DNA of 64,000 nt, from positions 47,990 to 111,989 of the IMG/VR virus record IMGVR_UViG_3300031576_000007; one strand, written 5' to 3'. The DNA is from a virus. Positions 30,201-39,215 of this stretch are shown piece by piece. The first letter of the stretch is position 1; every line of letters begins with the position of its first letter. The notes under the pieces are model-generated. The model had not been told where the DNA came from. It saw only the letters and a program-made list of their open reading frames with translations, and did no database searches. Position numbers and translations under genes: made by a program.

Positions 30201-30336
30201 CATCAGCATTAAAATCCGTCCATTGTCTATTCGCAACCGTATCAGGCCCAAAATTTACTGTAGCAAAAGATATAAGAGCATCAACGATGGAATCGAAATC
30301 GCGCGAAACGTAGTCTATACTTCTGTTATTGGCCAC
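27202..30336 (-). CDS. Baseplate wedge (T4 gp6 / baseplate J-like)
   Basis: IDYVSRDFDSI, ELVAYVGDLIFYYLD, RFGDGVFGK, YRTGGGSAGN, GGADEPS, RAVTVQDY. Confidence 0.92.
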   Translation of the reverse strand: MANNRSIDYVSRDFDSIVDALISFATVNFGPDTVANRQWTDFNADDFSRTWLELVAYVGDLIFYYLDVQATQSNIETATIRKNILDIAKQFGFVVSTASSSSEVATFMLSTPGTVPIGFRVSSENGQEFFTSSSSPAPGSTTLEVILPVIQGAQRQESFIARGVQNEEITLGVTGLVIDTTNPISSLISPGVTVNGDTYELVDTFIRSLPTDKHFRVLIDSEGRAILRFGDGVFGKQLSPNDSIVTNYRTGGGSAGNIPANTLTTLLDQSTFINAVTNESAFSGGADEPSITQLRELVPASLRTLERAVTVQDYADIILTNFNNVSKASAAQNLSDAGIDIDIFVVPAGNSITKITDNLPLFNAVSDFIDERKPVTTTFKIKDAFGMDIFFKATIFLSSGASRSLVESNITTSLLNFFNFSSGDVDESGTKFAQVIRLIDLYNVVGTVEGIERFEITKLHYDPRVEQSAAIGANYLFSEIELFPNSNSAEWLIGPNENADSPNFNSFTVFKKISGRVSNLSEGSLTDDSINFSVVESTTTGVNTDGSSNIVFDISKTFLIDEFVGGSSSITLSNLSGNTFDHTVPTFIPKIGDRIIQGANTARIVSIVDSDTFVVSNGYPNALVNGAAFLKRDTHLLVDAAGNVWSIDDNDSHSILLSAFAVNNTIVSDVASGEYKIVKSLIGQNLIFHSLIFAGIEYNTHNSIFRVNSAFNLVGTIGDEFQLSDPQDNIGNFGIPLTLDQFISNTPSIGFGAVHCAGNPDLSSITGGPSSRYTLIDSNLRTFEIISVNNLSKTVVILHDATQTPAPAVGLPLGPTSSGKPASIAPRYYSDNNEVSFVVGLANRAGGLGFQAIGAIAINTSITGSDIADGKQFTLNDGTNPAVTFEFDKVGGVAFGNIAIPYTNGDNAAAIKSAIIGAINGAPLLAISASDGTGLFGSDEVVFLQNDNIGSIGNQSIIDTVNISGITFAGMSGGIGQGHSVPTPVIPGPGDSVNDLGISSDGTIVDHFEFRTSGFVDDIVNLRNSEIPEMVENDIELDFRGGVT

Positions 30337-30344
30337 AATTCTCC

Positions 30345-30731
30345 TTATCTAGTGCTTATCTGTGAAGAAGGTTTAAAAGGAAATACTAGATTGGCTTCCA
30401 CATTAGCTTCTTTTATTAAAAATCTTATATTAAAAAGAATCATTCCCTCTGATCGTCGTACTACTGGGGCAACTTCTATTAACGTAACACGAGGCTCAAA
30501 TCTTCGTATTGAAGTAGCTATATCAGATGATCCTCTTTCGGCAACTACATCTAAATTTTCCCATATCTGAGTCCCAAGACCACTTCCAAAGGTTGGCCTC
30601 ATAACTCTTTCTCCAAAGTTAGTAAGTAGTAAAAGTTGAATACATTCAATAACTTTATCCACCCCATCTTCGGGTAAAAACTTATTTTTTATCGGAAATT
30701 TTAGTCCTTTTCCTAAGAATGGTGTAGCCAT
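30345..30731 (-). CDS. Baseplate gp25/GPW-like sheath initiator
   Basis: FLGKGLKFP, LLTNFGERVMRPTFGS, FEPRV, NLVFPF. Confidence 0.93.
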   Translation of the reverse strand: MATPFLGKGLKFPIKNKFLPEDGVDKVIECIQLLLLTNFGERVMRPTFGSGLGTQIWENLDVVAERGSSDIATSIRRFEPRVTLIEVAPVVRRSEGMILFNIRFLIKEANVEANLVFPFKPSSQISTR

Positions 30732-31738
30732 TATTCTATTTTTCCTTTTATTGACAATTGAGGAGCACCAGCAAATCCCGCTGGAGATGGTGGTGATGAA
30801 CCAGACCCAGAAGGAGACCCAGTTTGTGTGGTTGGGTCGCTCCCTGGACTATAAGAATGTGTATGGGAATTAAAATCTCCAATAAGAGTATTAACTGCTG
30901 ATATTAAAGCATTTAATGTTAACACTATCTGAGTATTGTTATAAGTTACCCATTGGTTGCCTAATATAATAGGCTCAATTGCATTTTTACCTATTTTAAT
31001 AGTAGGTGATTCTGTTTCAATTTTATTTCCAGAAAAATCTAAATCTATATATTTACTGTTTCCAGAATCACGAAGCCTAATTTTGTTAGATGACTTTAGT
31101 ACTTCTAGTGTTCTATTGTCAGAATCTTTTACAATAATTTGTTGTCCAGAAGCGTCTAAATCATCTATAAGTTGTAATGATTGCCCACCGAATGTGATTA
31201 ATTCTATTCTATTCTTTTGAGAGCCTTCTGTTAGCTCTTCTAACATTCTTAAAACATGACCACCAGAAGTAGAGAATCTTAGTCCTTTGCTCTCTTTTGT
31301 GTGAGTGATTGTACCATCGGACGAGGCGATAGCTATTCCATCGTCAAGTTCAATCAAATGCCCATTATTAATAATTGAGGGGGAACCATCCGCACTCAAA
31401 TCACCTGGAGATGCCCAACCTCTATTGGTTGGCACACTGCGTCTAAATTCCTCTCGTGTATCAGGGTTATTTGGATCACCATCATTTATTGTAGCCCATG
31501 CAATTAGGAAATCAGGGTCTCCACCATCTTGAGTTATATATACAACGGAACCAACATCAGGAGGACTAAAGAAACCATCATCAGGATAAACGTAATGAAT
31601 AAAAGAACTTTCACCAAAAATAGGACTTTTTATCCTTATCCTACCTTTATTGGAAGGATCTTTATTATCTATAACTATGGCTTTGGAGGGTCCTAAGTAA
31701 ACACTTTCCCCCTTCCAGTCTCTTACCCGCACGCTCAT
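30731..31738 (-). CDS. Baseplate spike (gp5/gpV OB-fold)
   Basis: VIDNKDPSNKGRIRI, GFFSPPDVGSVVYI...GDPD, GHLIELDD, FNSHTH tip motif. Confidence 0.88.
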   Translation of the reverse strand: MSVRVRDWKGESVYLGPSKAIVIDNKDPSNKGRIRIKSPIFGESSFIHYVYPDDGFFSPPDVGSVVYITQDGGDPDFLIAWATINDGDPNNPDTREEFRRSVPTNRGWASPGDLSADGSPSIINNGHLIELDDGIAIASSDGTITHTKESKGLRFSTSGGHVLRMLEELTEGSQKNRIELITFGGQSLQLIDDLDASGQQIIVKDSDNRTLEVLKSSNKIRLRDSGNSKYIDLDFSGNKIETESPTIKIGKNAIEPIILGNQWVTYNNTQIVLTLNALISAVNTLIGDFNSHTHSYSPGSDPTTQTGSPSGSGSSPPSPAGFAGAPQLSIKGKIE

Positions 31739-33414
31739 TATTCCTCCACAGGAACTTTTTCTAAGTTTGCAAGACTTAGGAAGTCCTCGCCTCTAAAACG
31801 GAGTCGTCGCTTTTCAGCTAAATTATTTCTTACAGAAGGACCATCTGCGCTTGTCCCGCCTGTTGCTACACTATTAGATTCCCCAACACAAGTACAAATA
31901 TAACCATCATCAGCACTAATCTTATGAACTACAGACAATAAATAATATAATCCACTATATCTAATACCTATGTTATCCATTTCAATTACTCCAGGGGATA
32001 GCTGCGGTATTCCTATAGTACTAAATTCTAAACGTAAGCTCTTGTCCATTCTCCCAGCAATTCTGTCTGCCTCAGCTATGTGCTGTTCAGGAGAACAGGA
32101 GGCATTATACGTTGACACTCCGATTGAGTTAGCCGCCTGCTGCTGTTTAGGATCAACTACTTTGGGGGATAACGATGTATTTGGCTTAGGAATATTTAAA
32201 AATTTAAGTTGCTCACTATGCCTTTGACCAAACTGAATTGAGGTATTTGTTACATGCCCAACCATCTTTTTACTCTCAGAACAAATACCAGAAGACGTAG
32301 CCCCCTCACCACCTGCCGGGTATAGTTGTAAATTGTAGTTAAGTACTGTATGATAAGATATAGAACTTTCCTGATCACTGTTTATTCCTTTCGACCCACC
32401 CTTCCAGATGAACCTAAATTTATTAGTGCCTTCGAACTTTCTTCTGGACACTAGATTTAAAACAATTACAATTTTTCCATTAACAACCTCTGAAGAAACA
32501 AAATAGTGAGCATGAATCTTTTCTGCTAGTTCTCTTAAAAAACCATGAAGATTTGTGCCTTTAGCCCATGTTCTAGAACTAGTTTCATCTTGTATATCTA
32601 ACTTTAGTTCTTCTTTAGTTAAGTCTATATTTGGCCTAGAATTTAAAATTATACCGCCTAAAGTTATAGCTCTCACTATATCATCAATTCTTGCAGGCGC
32701 TGTATCAGATCTTTTAGAAGTATCTTTTAACCCATATGAACCTAACAATCCTTTTATTATTTTTCTAGTGAATGACTGCCCCTCTACTGGGTAAAGCTTG
32801 GACATCTCCCCACTTCCAAAATCAACAGCTTGAACTTCAGTTGTTGGTATATCACTCTCTGAAGCCTTATGAGTTATCTGTAGGATTTCTCCTCTCACAG
32901 TTCTAGGTTGAAGGTTACTATTAGAGCTTCCTGTTCTATACCCCCATGTAACTTGTATAGTATTCCTCTCCTGCAACAAGAACGTATGAGCATTATCTGA
33001 CTGTTTCTTCTTTAAATCTTTGACTCTTTCTTGCAGAGATTTCTTTAAACTTCTCTCTTTTAGAGGATCTAAAGAATCTTTTCCTTGTTCAAACTCTGCT
33101 TGTTCAAGAGCTTTTTGTTCTTGTAAACTAGATTGTACAGTTCTAGGTTCTAGAAATTTTACCAATCCTGGTCCTGCTTTATCTAAAACCAGATCTAAAA
33201 CTGAACCAGACTTATTTAGATCTTCGTAAAAAACTAGTTTTATAGTACTAGCGGAGTTATTACCACCATCTCTTACTTCACTATATTCAAATTGATCTAT
33301 AAGTGCGTGTATTTCTGGTGTTAGTAAAATTAAATCTTTTTCTTGTGCTCCTGGAGGTCCTATACGAACTTCGAAGAAAGGGTCTCTCATAAGAGACAGA
33401 TCTACATAAGCCAT
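31738..33414 (-). CDS. Baseplate hub (gp27/gpD-like)
   Basis: IQVTWGY, TIGIPQLSPG.I....IG.RYSGLYY...V.H....GY; position in the module. Confidence 0.75.
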   Translation of the reverse strand: MAYVDLSLMRDPFFEVRIGPPGAQEKDLILLTPEIHALIDQFEYSEVRDGGNNSASTIKLVFYEDLNKSGSVLDLVLDKAGPGLVKFLEPRTVQSSLQEQKALEQAEFEQGKDSLDPLKERSLKKSLQERVKDLKKKQSDNAHTFLLQERNTIQVTWGYRTGSSNSNLQPRTVRGEILQITHKASESDIPTTEVQAVDFGSGEMSKLYPVEGQSFTRKIIKGLLGSYGLKDTSKRSDTAPARIDDIVRAITLGGIILNSRPNIDLTKEELKLDIQDETSSRTWAKGTNLHGFLRELAEKIHAHYFVSSEVVNGKIVIVLNLVSRRKFEGTNKFRFIWKGGSKGINSDQESSISYHTVLNYNLQLYPAGGEGATSSGICSESKKMVGHVTNTSIQFGQRHSEQLKFLNIPKPNTSLSPKVVDPKQQQAANSIGVSTYNASCSPEQHIAEADRIAGRMDKSLRLEFSTIGIPQLSPGVIEMDNIGIRYSGLYYLLSVVHKISADDGYICTCVGESNSVATGGTSADGPSVRNNLAEKRRLRFRGEDFLSLANLEKVPVEE

Positions 33415-33415
33415 A

Positions 33416-33739
33416 TTATGCCTCGGAGTTTAGTCTATCAATAGCTTCTAAAACCACACTTAAAGGCGGGATTCTTAACTGCTGCCCCACTCTTAAATCA
33501 AATAATGGTTGTCTAACATTATTAATATCCATTATAGCCCAGAATAGTTCTGGTCTTCCATACGACTCAAATGAAATTAAGTCTGGACGTTTTATATGTT
33601 TACCCTCTATAGATAGGAATAAGTCCTGCCCCGATTCAGGAATACTCAATCTATTCCTTAGCAAAAGAAAAGGGCTCTTATCAGAGCTTAAAGTAAAAAT
33701 ACCATTTGTGTATCTTGAACCAGGTTTAAAATTTGCCAT
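33416..33739 (-). CDS. LysM/gp53-like baseplate wedge protein
   Basis: SRY...RPDLIS...YG.PELFWAIMDIN......L..GQ.LRIP. Confidence 0.85.
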   Translation of the reverse strand: MANFKPGSRYTNGIFTLSSDKSPFLLLRNRLSIPESGQDLFLSIEGKHIKRPDLISFESYGRPELFWAIMDINNVRQPLFDLRVGQQLRIPPLSVVLEAIDRLNSEA

Positions 33740-34464
33740 TAGTAGTTAAACATAACATCTATGTCTGAGGTTAAGGACTTATTTATTATTTCGCTCATGG
33801 TAAATGTAACCACCGCCTCAATAGGAGTAAGATCAGGTAACCATCTTGTAAAATCAATTTCTACTTTATCTACAACAAAAATTGAATCTCTTATAGGACT
33901 TGCGGAGCCAAAGGTTGTTCCTACACTTAGCTTAACTAAATAGGGGGGTGAAACAGCCCCATTCGAATCAAATGCCGTGGGGTAAACCAAACTTTTATAG
34001 AATGCAATTTTCTCAGAAATACTTAATATTAAAGGCCCACTAGAGGGATTTCTATTCTGTGCTTCCAAAGATCCTGATGTTCCTAGATCTGGAATATTAA
34101 ATACTTGAGAAGCTACAGCACCAATTCGTTTTACAAAACTAATCTTATTTTTTGGTGTACTTTTTCCTGTATCAGGAGAGCTTCCTTGAACGTGCCCCTC
34201 TGATCTGTCATTTGTGATTAGGGCCTTAAATACTACCGTTCTGGCTTCACCAGCCACCCATTGTTGATGAGGATCACTAAGTCCTGGTACTCTCTTTTTA
34301 ACCCATCCTGATGATTTCACATCTTGTATCCCATCAGGGTTCAAAAAGAACTCTCCTCTTGATCCAGTAGGTATTATTTCTATAGATTTGCCCTCGTCAA
34401 CAACTCTAATTAATTGTATTTTAGCTTTTATATATTTCGAGTGGGAAGTAAATTTAAATGCCAT
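33739..34464 (-). CDS. Tube initiator (CIS tube / Afp7-like)
   Basis: FFLNP........W....VPG...P..QWV.GEART, P....L..G, LTPIEAVVT. Confidence 0.7.
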   Translation of the reverse strand: MAFKFTSHSKYIKAKIQLIRVVDEGKSIEIIPTGSRGEFFLNPDGIQDVKSSGWVKKRVPGLSDPHQQWVAGEARTVVFKALITNDRSEGHVQGSSPDTGKSTPKNKISFVKRIGAVASQVFNIPDLGTSGSLEAQNRNPSSGPLILSISEKIAFYKSLVYPTAFDSNGAVSPPYLVKLSVGTTFGSASPIRDSIFVVDKVEIDFTRWLPDLTPIEAVVTFTMSEIINKSLTSDIDVMFNY

Positions 34465-34473
34465 AATAACTAC

Positions 34474-36468
34474 TTAGAAGATTTGATCAGCTGAATTCAT
34501 TTTACCAGATCTCATTTTTGCATCTTTAATAGCTCGCTCAATCTTACCTAGAAGGAACACAACCTCTTTACCAGTTAGAGTTTGATCTCTGGTAATCTGT
34601 CTTATGGAGTCTTCATCGACCTTACCACCAACGGATTTAAGGCTGGATACTTGATTCATGAGTTCTTGTCTTCGGTTCTTAGCCTCAGAGTCACCTATAT
34701 CTAAGGCATTAAGTTGATTTGCTATTTGACCACCACTCATCATTTTATCTGCTTGAAAACCATTAGAAGTAGGAGCAACCATATCAGCAAGATACTCAGA
34801 AGGCGCTTTCCCCAGAATCTCCTTCCATGAACTATCTATATAAGAACCTAATTTGTAACCTCCAAAAGCAGCCCCGGCTAATAAACCACCTTTGGCTAGG
34901 GCTCCAAATCCTAATACTTTTCCTAAAACTCCTGATAACTTTCCTATTCCTCCGGTAACATCCATTACATAAAGGGGCTTAGAAAAATCATGTCCTCTTC
35001 GACCAAAAGCTCCTTCTCCACCAAACGCCCCCCCGATTCCTGGTATCTTTTGAAGAAGTCCTCCTATAACAGGTATTCTACCTATTACAGATCCTATAGT
35101 TTTTAGACCGGCACCTGCCCCCAAAACAACTGCTAAAACACCAGCAATTTTTCCTATACCTTTTACTAGTGATTCCGTTGTTTCCGAAAACTGCCGAGTT
35201 TTACTATCCCATAATCCAATCTTAGATAAAACCTTTGTAATCCAGTCTACCGTATTTTTTACACCTTCAGTAAAGCCATTTATTGCTACTCTTGCTAAAA
35301 CAAATGCTTTAGCTATAAATAGTATTCTATTTTGTGTAGCCTCTGGCATCTGGGAAAGTCTATCTGTAACGTCTTTAGAAAAAGTTGATATACCGTCTTT
35401 ATATGTAGAAAATGCCTGGAAATAAAACTTTAGTTCAGCCCCTACATCTGCAAGAAATTCTAACCAAGATCTATTCTCTCCTTTTGCAGCCTTCAATCCT
35501 ATTGTAAAAAGAGTTAAAACTCCGGTTATAGCCCCAAAGGTTACTCCTAATGTAGAAGCTATAAGAGCTAATAAAGACAAACCTCCTACGAGAGCAACAG
35601 AGCCCGCCAACGTGCTACCACCTACTTGTAAAAAGTCAACCAGCCCAAGTCTTAATCTTCCAAATTTATCTTTTGAATCATCGAGGGCATCATTTAATCT
35701 ATCGAAAGCTTTAAAATTAAGTAAGGAGATTTTAGCTAAAAGAGGATTAATGGCACGAGAAATAAAAGCCCCGCTTACTTTACGAAGATCATCAAAGCCT
35801 GCTTTAGTCATCATGAAAAGTGTAAGAGTATCATTGGTATTAACAGCAAACTGTCCTAAAGCCTTAGTTAACTCTTCTATACCGATTCGTCTGAAATTAG
35901 CTGCTGATAATTTTGCTGAGTTTAGGCCTTTCGTCAATCTATTTATAATCACGTTCATGTTTTTGAACTGATTATTTGTGTTCAGGGCAACAAAGAAGTT
36001 TTGTAGACCGCTAACTGATAAGTCGTTAAAAGCCTTTGACATCTTCTTTGCAGCTTCTGAGGTCGTGGTACCCATTATTTTGGCAGCACCTACTGATAAT
36101 GTGAATATCTTCTGAGTTTCAAATTTTTTCATTCCCCTAGCGTGATTTTGCAGAGAAATCTGCATCATTGAGGTTGCATCCATTGTAAATTTAGATGCGT
36201 TGCGTAGGGTTTTTAGGTAGGAACTCCCAAAAGTTTGATTAAACTGAGTTCTTAAGAAATCAAATTCTGCTCCAACTCCGGCTAAATCAAAAGCTCGTCT
36301 AAAACCTTGTGAAAAAGTGGCGTACACAGCACTAGCGGTAAATAAGCGTCTATTGAACTTCACCAATTCATCTCTGAAGTCATGAAGATCTCTTCGTGCC
36401 TCTCTTATGGGAGCAGAAGCCTTGTTACGAACACTAATTAAAATATTAATGTTATTTGGACTTGGCAC
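34474..36468 (-). CDS. Tape measure protein
   Basis: INILISVRNKAS start, helical body with Gly/Ala-rich TM segments, follows the chaperone. Confidence 0.8.
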   Translation of the reverse strand: MPSPNNINILISVRNKASAPIREARRDLHDFRDELVKFNRRLFTASAVYATFSQGFRRAFDLAGVGAEFDFLRTQFNQTFGSSYLKTLRNASKFTMDATSMMQISLQNHARGMKKFETQKIFTLSVGAAKIMGTTTSEAAKKMSKAFNDLSVSGLQNFFVALNTNNQFKNMNVIINRLTKGLNSAKLSAANFRRIGIEELTKALGQFAVNTNDTLTLFMMTKAGFDDLRKVSGAFISRAINPLLAKISLLNFKAFDRLNDALDDSKDKFGRLRLGLVDFLQVGGSTLAGSVALVGGLSLLALIASTLGVTFGAITGVLTLFTIGLKAAKGENRSWLEFLADVGAELKFYFQAFSTYKDGISTFSKDVTDRLSQMPEATQNRILFIAKAFVLARVAINGFTEGVKNTVDWITKVLSKIGLWDSKTRQFSETTESLVKGIGKIAGVLAVVLGAGAGLKTIGSVIGRIPVIGGLLQKIPGIGGAFGGEGAFGRRGHDFSKPLYVMDVTGGIGKLSGVLGKVLGFGALAKGGLLAGAAFGGYKLGSYIDSSWKEILGKAPSEYLADMVAPTSNGFQADKMMSGGQIANQLNALDIGDSEAKNRRQELMNQVSSLKSVGGKVDEDSIRQITRDQTLTGKEVVFLLGKIERAIKDAKMRSGKMNSADQIF

Positions 36469-36664
36469 GTCTTTCGACCTCTTTCATAGCCTGTTTATGG
36501 TCTTCTACTAGCTGCTTACGAAAACTCCACCCTAAGTAATCTACCTGATCTGGACCCCATCTGAAAGCTTGCCCAAGGTAGGCATAATCATTCAAAAGAT
36601 CAGACTTATGATCAATATACTCAGTAGGAATTATGTTAAAGGGGTCCGAGACTGGACGAAAAAA
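36452..36664 (-). CDS. -1 frame extension of tail assembly chaperone (T segment of a G/GT pair)
   Basis: Open -1 frame from slippery T TTT TTC (36664-36658): FFRPVSDPF...YAYLGQAFRWGPDQVDYLGWSFRKQLVE...; its only ATG lies 11 codons before the stop. Confidence 0.8.
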   Translation of the reverse strand, partial: FFRPVSDPFNIIPTEYIDHKSDLLNDYAYLGQAFRWGPDQVDYLGWSFRKQLVEDHKQAMKEVERRAKSK

Positions 36665-37371
36665 CTTGGGTCCATAACTGGAAGAGGAGTATCAAACTCC
36701 TTACTACATTCGTCACAATCATTTGTGAGCATAGTATCAACTGATCCCCTAAGCTCTGAGAAAGCATTCTCTATAGCTGAAAGATCTGATACAGGAAGAT
36801 CTAGGAGATCTTCCTCTTTTACCTGCTCATTGTCCCCTAATCTTTTTAAAGATAAGTATAAAGTACCTGTATAAAGTTTTCTAGGATTCTCCTTTAGAGC
36901 TTTATACAAACTATATAAATCTTTAAGATACAGGAGCTTTATCTCAGCCTCTATACCACTTTTTTGTAACTGTATAACTTTTGTCCTTACGGACTTATTA
37001 CTCAGCTTAGTAATCTCAATCTTATCCAAGTCAACTTTTTTAGTTTGTTGTTTAGAGCAATGAGGGCATCGTACAGGAATAGCATAAGCTGGCCCATACG
37101 TAGCTTCTCTAATTTTTAAAAGTATGCATTCGACATCTTCAGATGCTAACAGATTAATAGCCTCTGATTGAGGTAATATTAGTGGTTTTCCCTCTTTTGT
37201 CTGAAAATTAGAAGTTAGCTCTTCAAGAAGTCTGGGGACATGCCCTAGGCTATCTGTTACTAATTCCATATCAATTAGATAATTTTGCTGTCTTCCTGTA
37301 AGTTCTTTAACTTGGACATGATCATAAATATCATTGTCCTTTAAAATACCGCATGGTAATTCAACAAGCAT
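36631..37371 (-). CDS. Tail/baseplate assembly chaperone (T4 gp26-like, two CxxC)
   Basis: GGAGG RBS before MLVELPCG; LLKIREATYG, CPHC, CDEC, ends DPSFF. Confidence 0.8.
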   Translation of the reverse strand: MLVELPCGILKDNDIYDHVQVKELTGRQQNYLIDMELVTDSLGHVPRLLEELTSNFQTKEGKPLILPQSEAINLLASEDVECILLKIREATYGPAYAIPVRCPHCSKQQTKKVDLDKIEITKLSNKSVRTKVIQLQKSGIEAEIKLLYLKDLYSLYKALKENPRKLYTGTLYLSLKRLGDNEQVKEEDLLDLPVSDLSAIENAFSELRGSVDTMLTNDCDECSKEFDTPLPVMDPSFFVQSRTPLT

Positions 37372-37402
37372 GATTCCTCCATAACTTGTATATATTTTTT
37401 TA

Positions 37403-37957
37403 TTAGAAGATACCTCTAGTAAATCTTCTAAAGAAATCCCCAACATCTTCTGGGCTATTCTCTCTTGACTCTTCAAATCCTTCATATTCGAAAGTAAGCG
37501 TTTCAACACTTATTTCTGATTCATCAAGAGCGCTAAAATCCGAGGAGGGTTTATAATGAGATGGAGCACAATTAAACAGTACGTACCGCTTAACAACTGT
37601 CGAATCTCTGTCCAAATGTTCAATAACTATATTATTACGATATTGTGGAGCTAAAGCTGAACCAGGCTCCTGATTTGTAACCGCGTATAAATCACTCATC
37701 CATCTAGCAAAATCATCAGATCCCTGCCTAGCTATAACCCCGCGATTAAGAGTTATTGGAGCGAAAGTAGCACTATCATGGATCTTACGAGGAGCCATGT
37801 GTCTACCACCTTCTATATATGTCTTATAAGCAACAGTAACATCAGGAGTTGTACAAGATGTGAACCCAGCCCTGGCCCAAACTGCGCCAGCTGGGGACAT
37901 AACATACACTTTCCAACGAAACTTGTCTAATGGATCAAAACTTCCACTTCTTGGCAT
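37403..37957 (-). CDS. Tail tube protein paralogue 3 (T4 gp19-like)
   Basis: DPLDKFRW, AGFTSC, Y.EGG, ITLNRG, VETLTFEYEGF. Confidence 0.88.
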   Translation of the reverse strand: MPRSGSFDPLDKFRWKVYVMSPAGAVWARAGFTSCTTPDVTVAYKTYIEGGRHMAPRKIHDSATFAPITLNRGVIARQGSDDFARWMSDLYAVTNQEPGSALAPQYRNNIVIEHLDRDSTVVKRYVLFNCAPSHYKPSSDFSALDESEISVETLTFEYEGFEESRENSPEDVGDFFRRFTRGIF

Positions 37958-38559
37958 TATAAGCCTCCAAGTAGACTATTAAAAGTCCCGCTAATTAAAG
38001 CTTCAAGAGTCAGTTCTTCAAATGATTCATATTTCAACTCAATTTCTTCTATTAGTTTCGAAGAATCTTCAGAGGCTGACATATCATCTCCTGGTTTATA
38101 AGAAGACACCCATGCGTCACGTAATAACCATCCTTTTTTAGGACTTCCAGATCTATCATATGCTACTATCAAAATATCTCTTCTAAAATTTAAACTATCA
38201 GATGGTGGGGCCTCATTAGGATCTCCACGCAATCTTTGAATAGCCGTAGCTATAACTTGATTAGGATCATGAACTTGGTTCGCCCATCTAAAAAAATCTG
38301 AGTTTTCTGTTACTCCTCTCTTAAGAGTAACTGCATCATACTTGGTTATGCCTGGTATTAGTATTGGATGAGCGGAGTCTATGTTTTCTCTATATTCAAT
38401 AGCCCCTGTACTCTGTCTAGGTATAGAAACTTCTGAGAACCCGCCTCTTAAAAATCCTATAAAATTTGTAGCAAAAGATACAGGATCTAATGCTATATTT
38501 AAAATATATACATTAAATCTAAACTTTTCAATTGCGTCAACAGATGCGGTTCTAGCCAT
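37957..38559 (-). CDS. Tail tube protein paralogue 2 (T4 gp19-like)
   Basis: DAIEKFRF, GFSEVS.P, EYRE, PG.TKY..VTLKRG, AWVSSY.PG. Confidence 0.88.
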   Translation of the reverse strand: MARTASVDAIEKFRFNVYILNIALDPVSFATNFIGFLRGGFSEVSIPRQSTGAIEYRENIDSAHPILIPGITKYDAVTLKRGVTENSDFFRWANQVHDPNQVIATAIQRLRGDPNEAPPSDSLNFRRDILIVAYDRSGSPKKGWLLRDAWVSSYKPGDDMSASEDSSKLIEEIELKYESFEELTLEALISGTFNSLLGGL

Positions 38560-38990
38560 TACCCCAACTTTTTTCTTTGCAGGATCTTATATTGTCTTGA
38601 ATCTGACTTTTCTGCTAAATCTCCTATCATATTCTTTAAACCAATGGTGGCAACGCTATCCAATTCCTGTAAAGAAGTATAAAACTCCTTTTCTAGGATT
38701 AAAGCACCCGCCAACATGGAGATTGTAGATATTTTCTCTATTTTAAACCTTTGAAGTTCTTCCGCTACTAGCATATTAATTTTTTGAGTCTCAAATGCTT
38801 CATTCCCTAATGTAGCGATTAGATATTCTGAAAGACGATCATAATGATCTGACATCTCCTCATAAAACCCGCCGAATAGAGAGTGGTCTCCAACGAATGT
38901 TTCCCCATACGTTAATAAGTGGCAGTAATGATAGAATAAGTGCAAAACCCGGCTATAAATTATTGCTTTTAGTAAAGGTATTTTGCTCAT
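38559..38990 (-). CDS. Ferritin/Dps-like four-helix protein (DUF5856-like)
   Basis: H...H.L..G..F..DH..FG..YE......DRLSE ... Y motif. Confidence 0.65.
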   Translation of the reverse strand: MSKIPLLKAIIYSRVLHLFYHYCHLLTYGETFVGDHSLFGGFYEEMSDHYDRLSEYLIATLGNEAFETQKINMLVAEELQRFKIEKISTISMLAGALILEKEFYTSLQELDSVATIGLKNMIGDLAEKSDSRQYKILQRKKLG

Positions 38991-39007
38991 GTTTCAGCCT
39001 TTACGTA

Positions 39008-39157
39008 TTACTTCTTTTTAGAAGATTTCTTTTTTTCTGGGAGTTTCTTTCCTTTTGAAGCTTTATCAAACTCTTTTACAGTGGATTTTGTAATTCCTTT
39101 TTTCTTTGCCATCTTCGTGTGAAAGAACTTCCTTTGTGCGTTACTTGTATAAGGCAT
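39008..39157 (-). CDS. 49-aa basic protein (not in ORF track)
   Basis: AGGAGG RBS; MPYTSNAQRKFFH...VKEFDKASKGKKLPEKKKSSKKK. Confidence 0.7.
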   Translation of the reverse strand: MPYTSNAQRKFFHTKMAKKKGITKSTVKEFDKASKGKKLPEKKKSSKKK

Positions 39158-39170
39158 TGCTATCCTCCTA

Positions 39171-39204
39171 AAATGTAGGGAAGAGGCTTTAAGCCTCTTC
39201 CCTA
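39171..39204 (-). terminator. Hairpin terminator after the major tube gene
   Basis: Perfect inverted repeat tagggaagaggctt / aagcctcttcccta, followed by CATTTT on the - strand. Confidence 0.7.
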
Positions 39205-39215
39205 TACTATATTAA

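Noticed and set aside
37372-37509. ORF-track N-terminal extensions (also 488-529, 51520-51570, 60643-60696, 17461-17499)
   Set aside because: They overlap upstream genes or terminator hairpins; downstream ATGs have better RBS or translational coupling.
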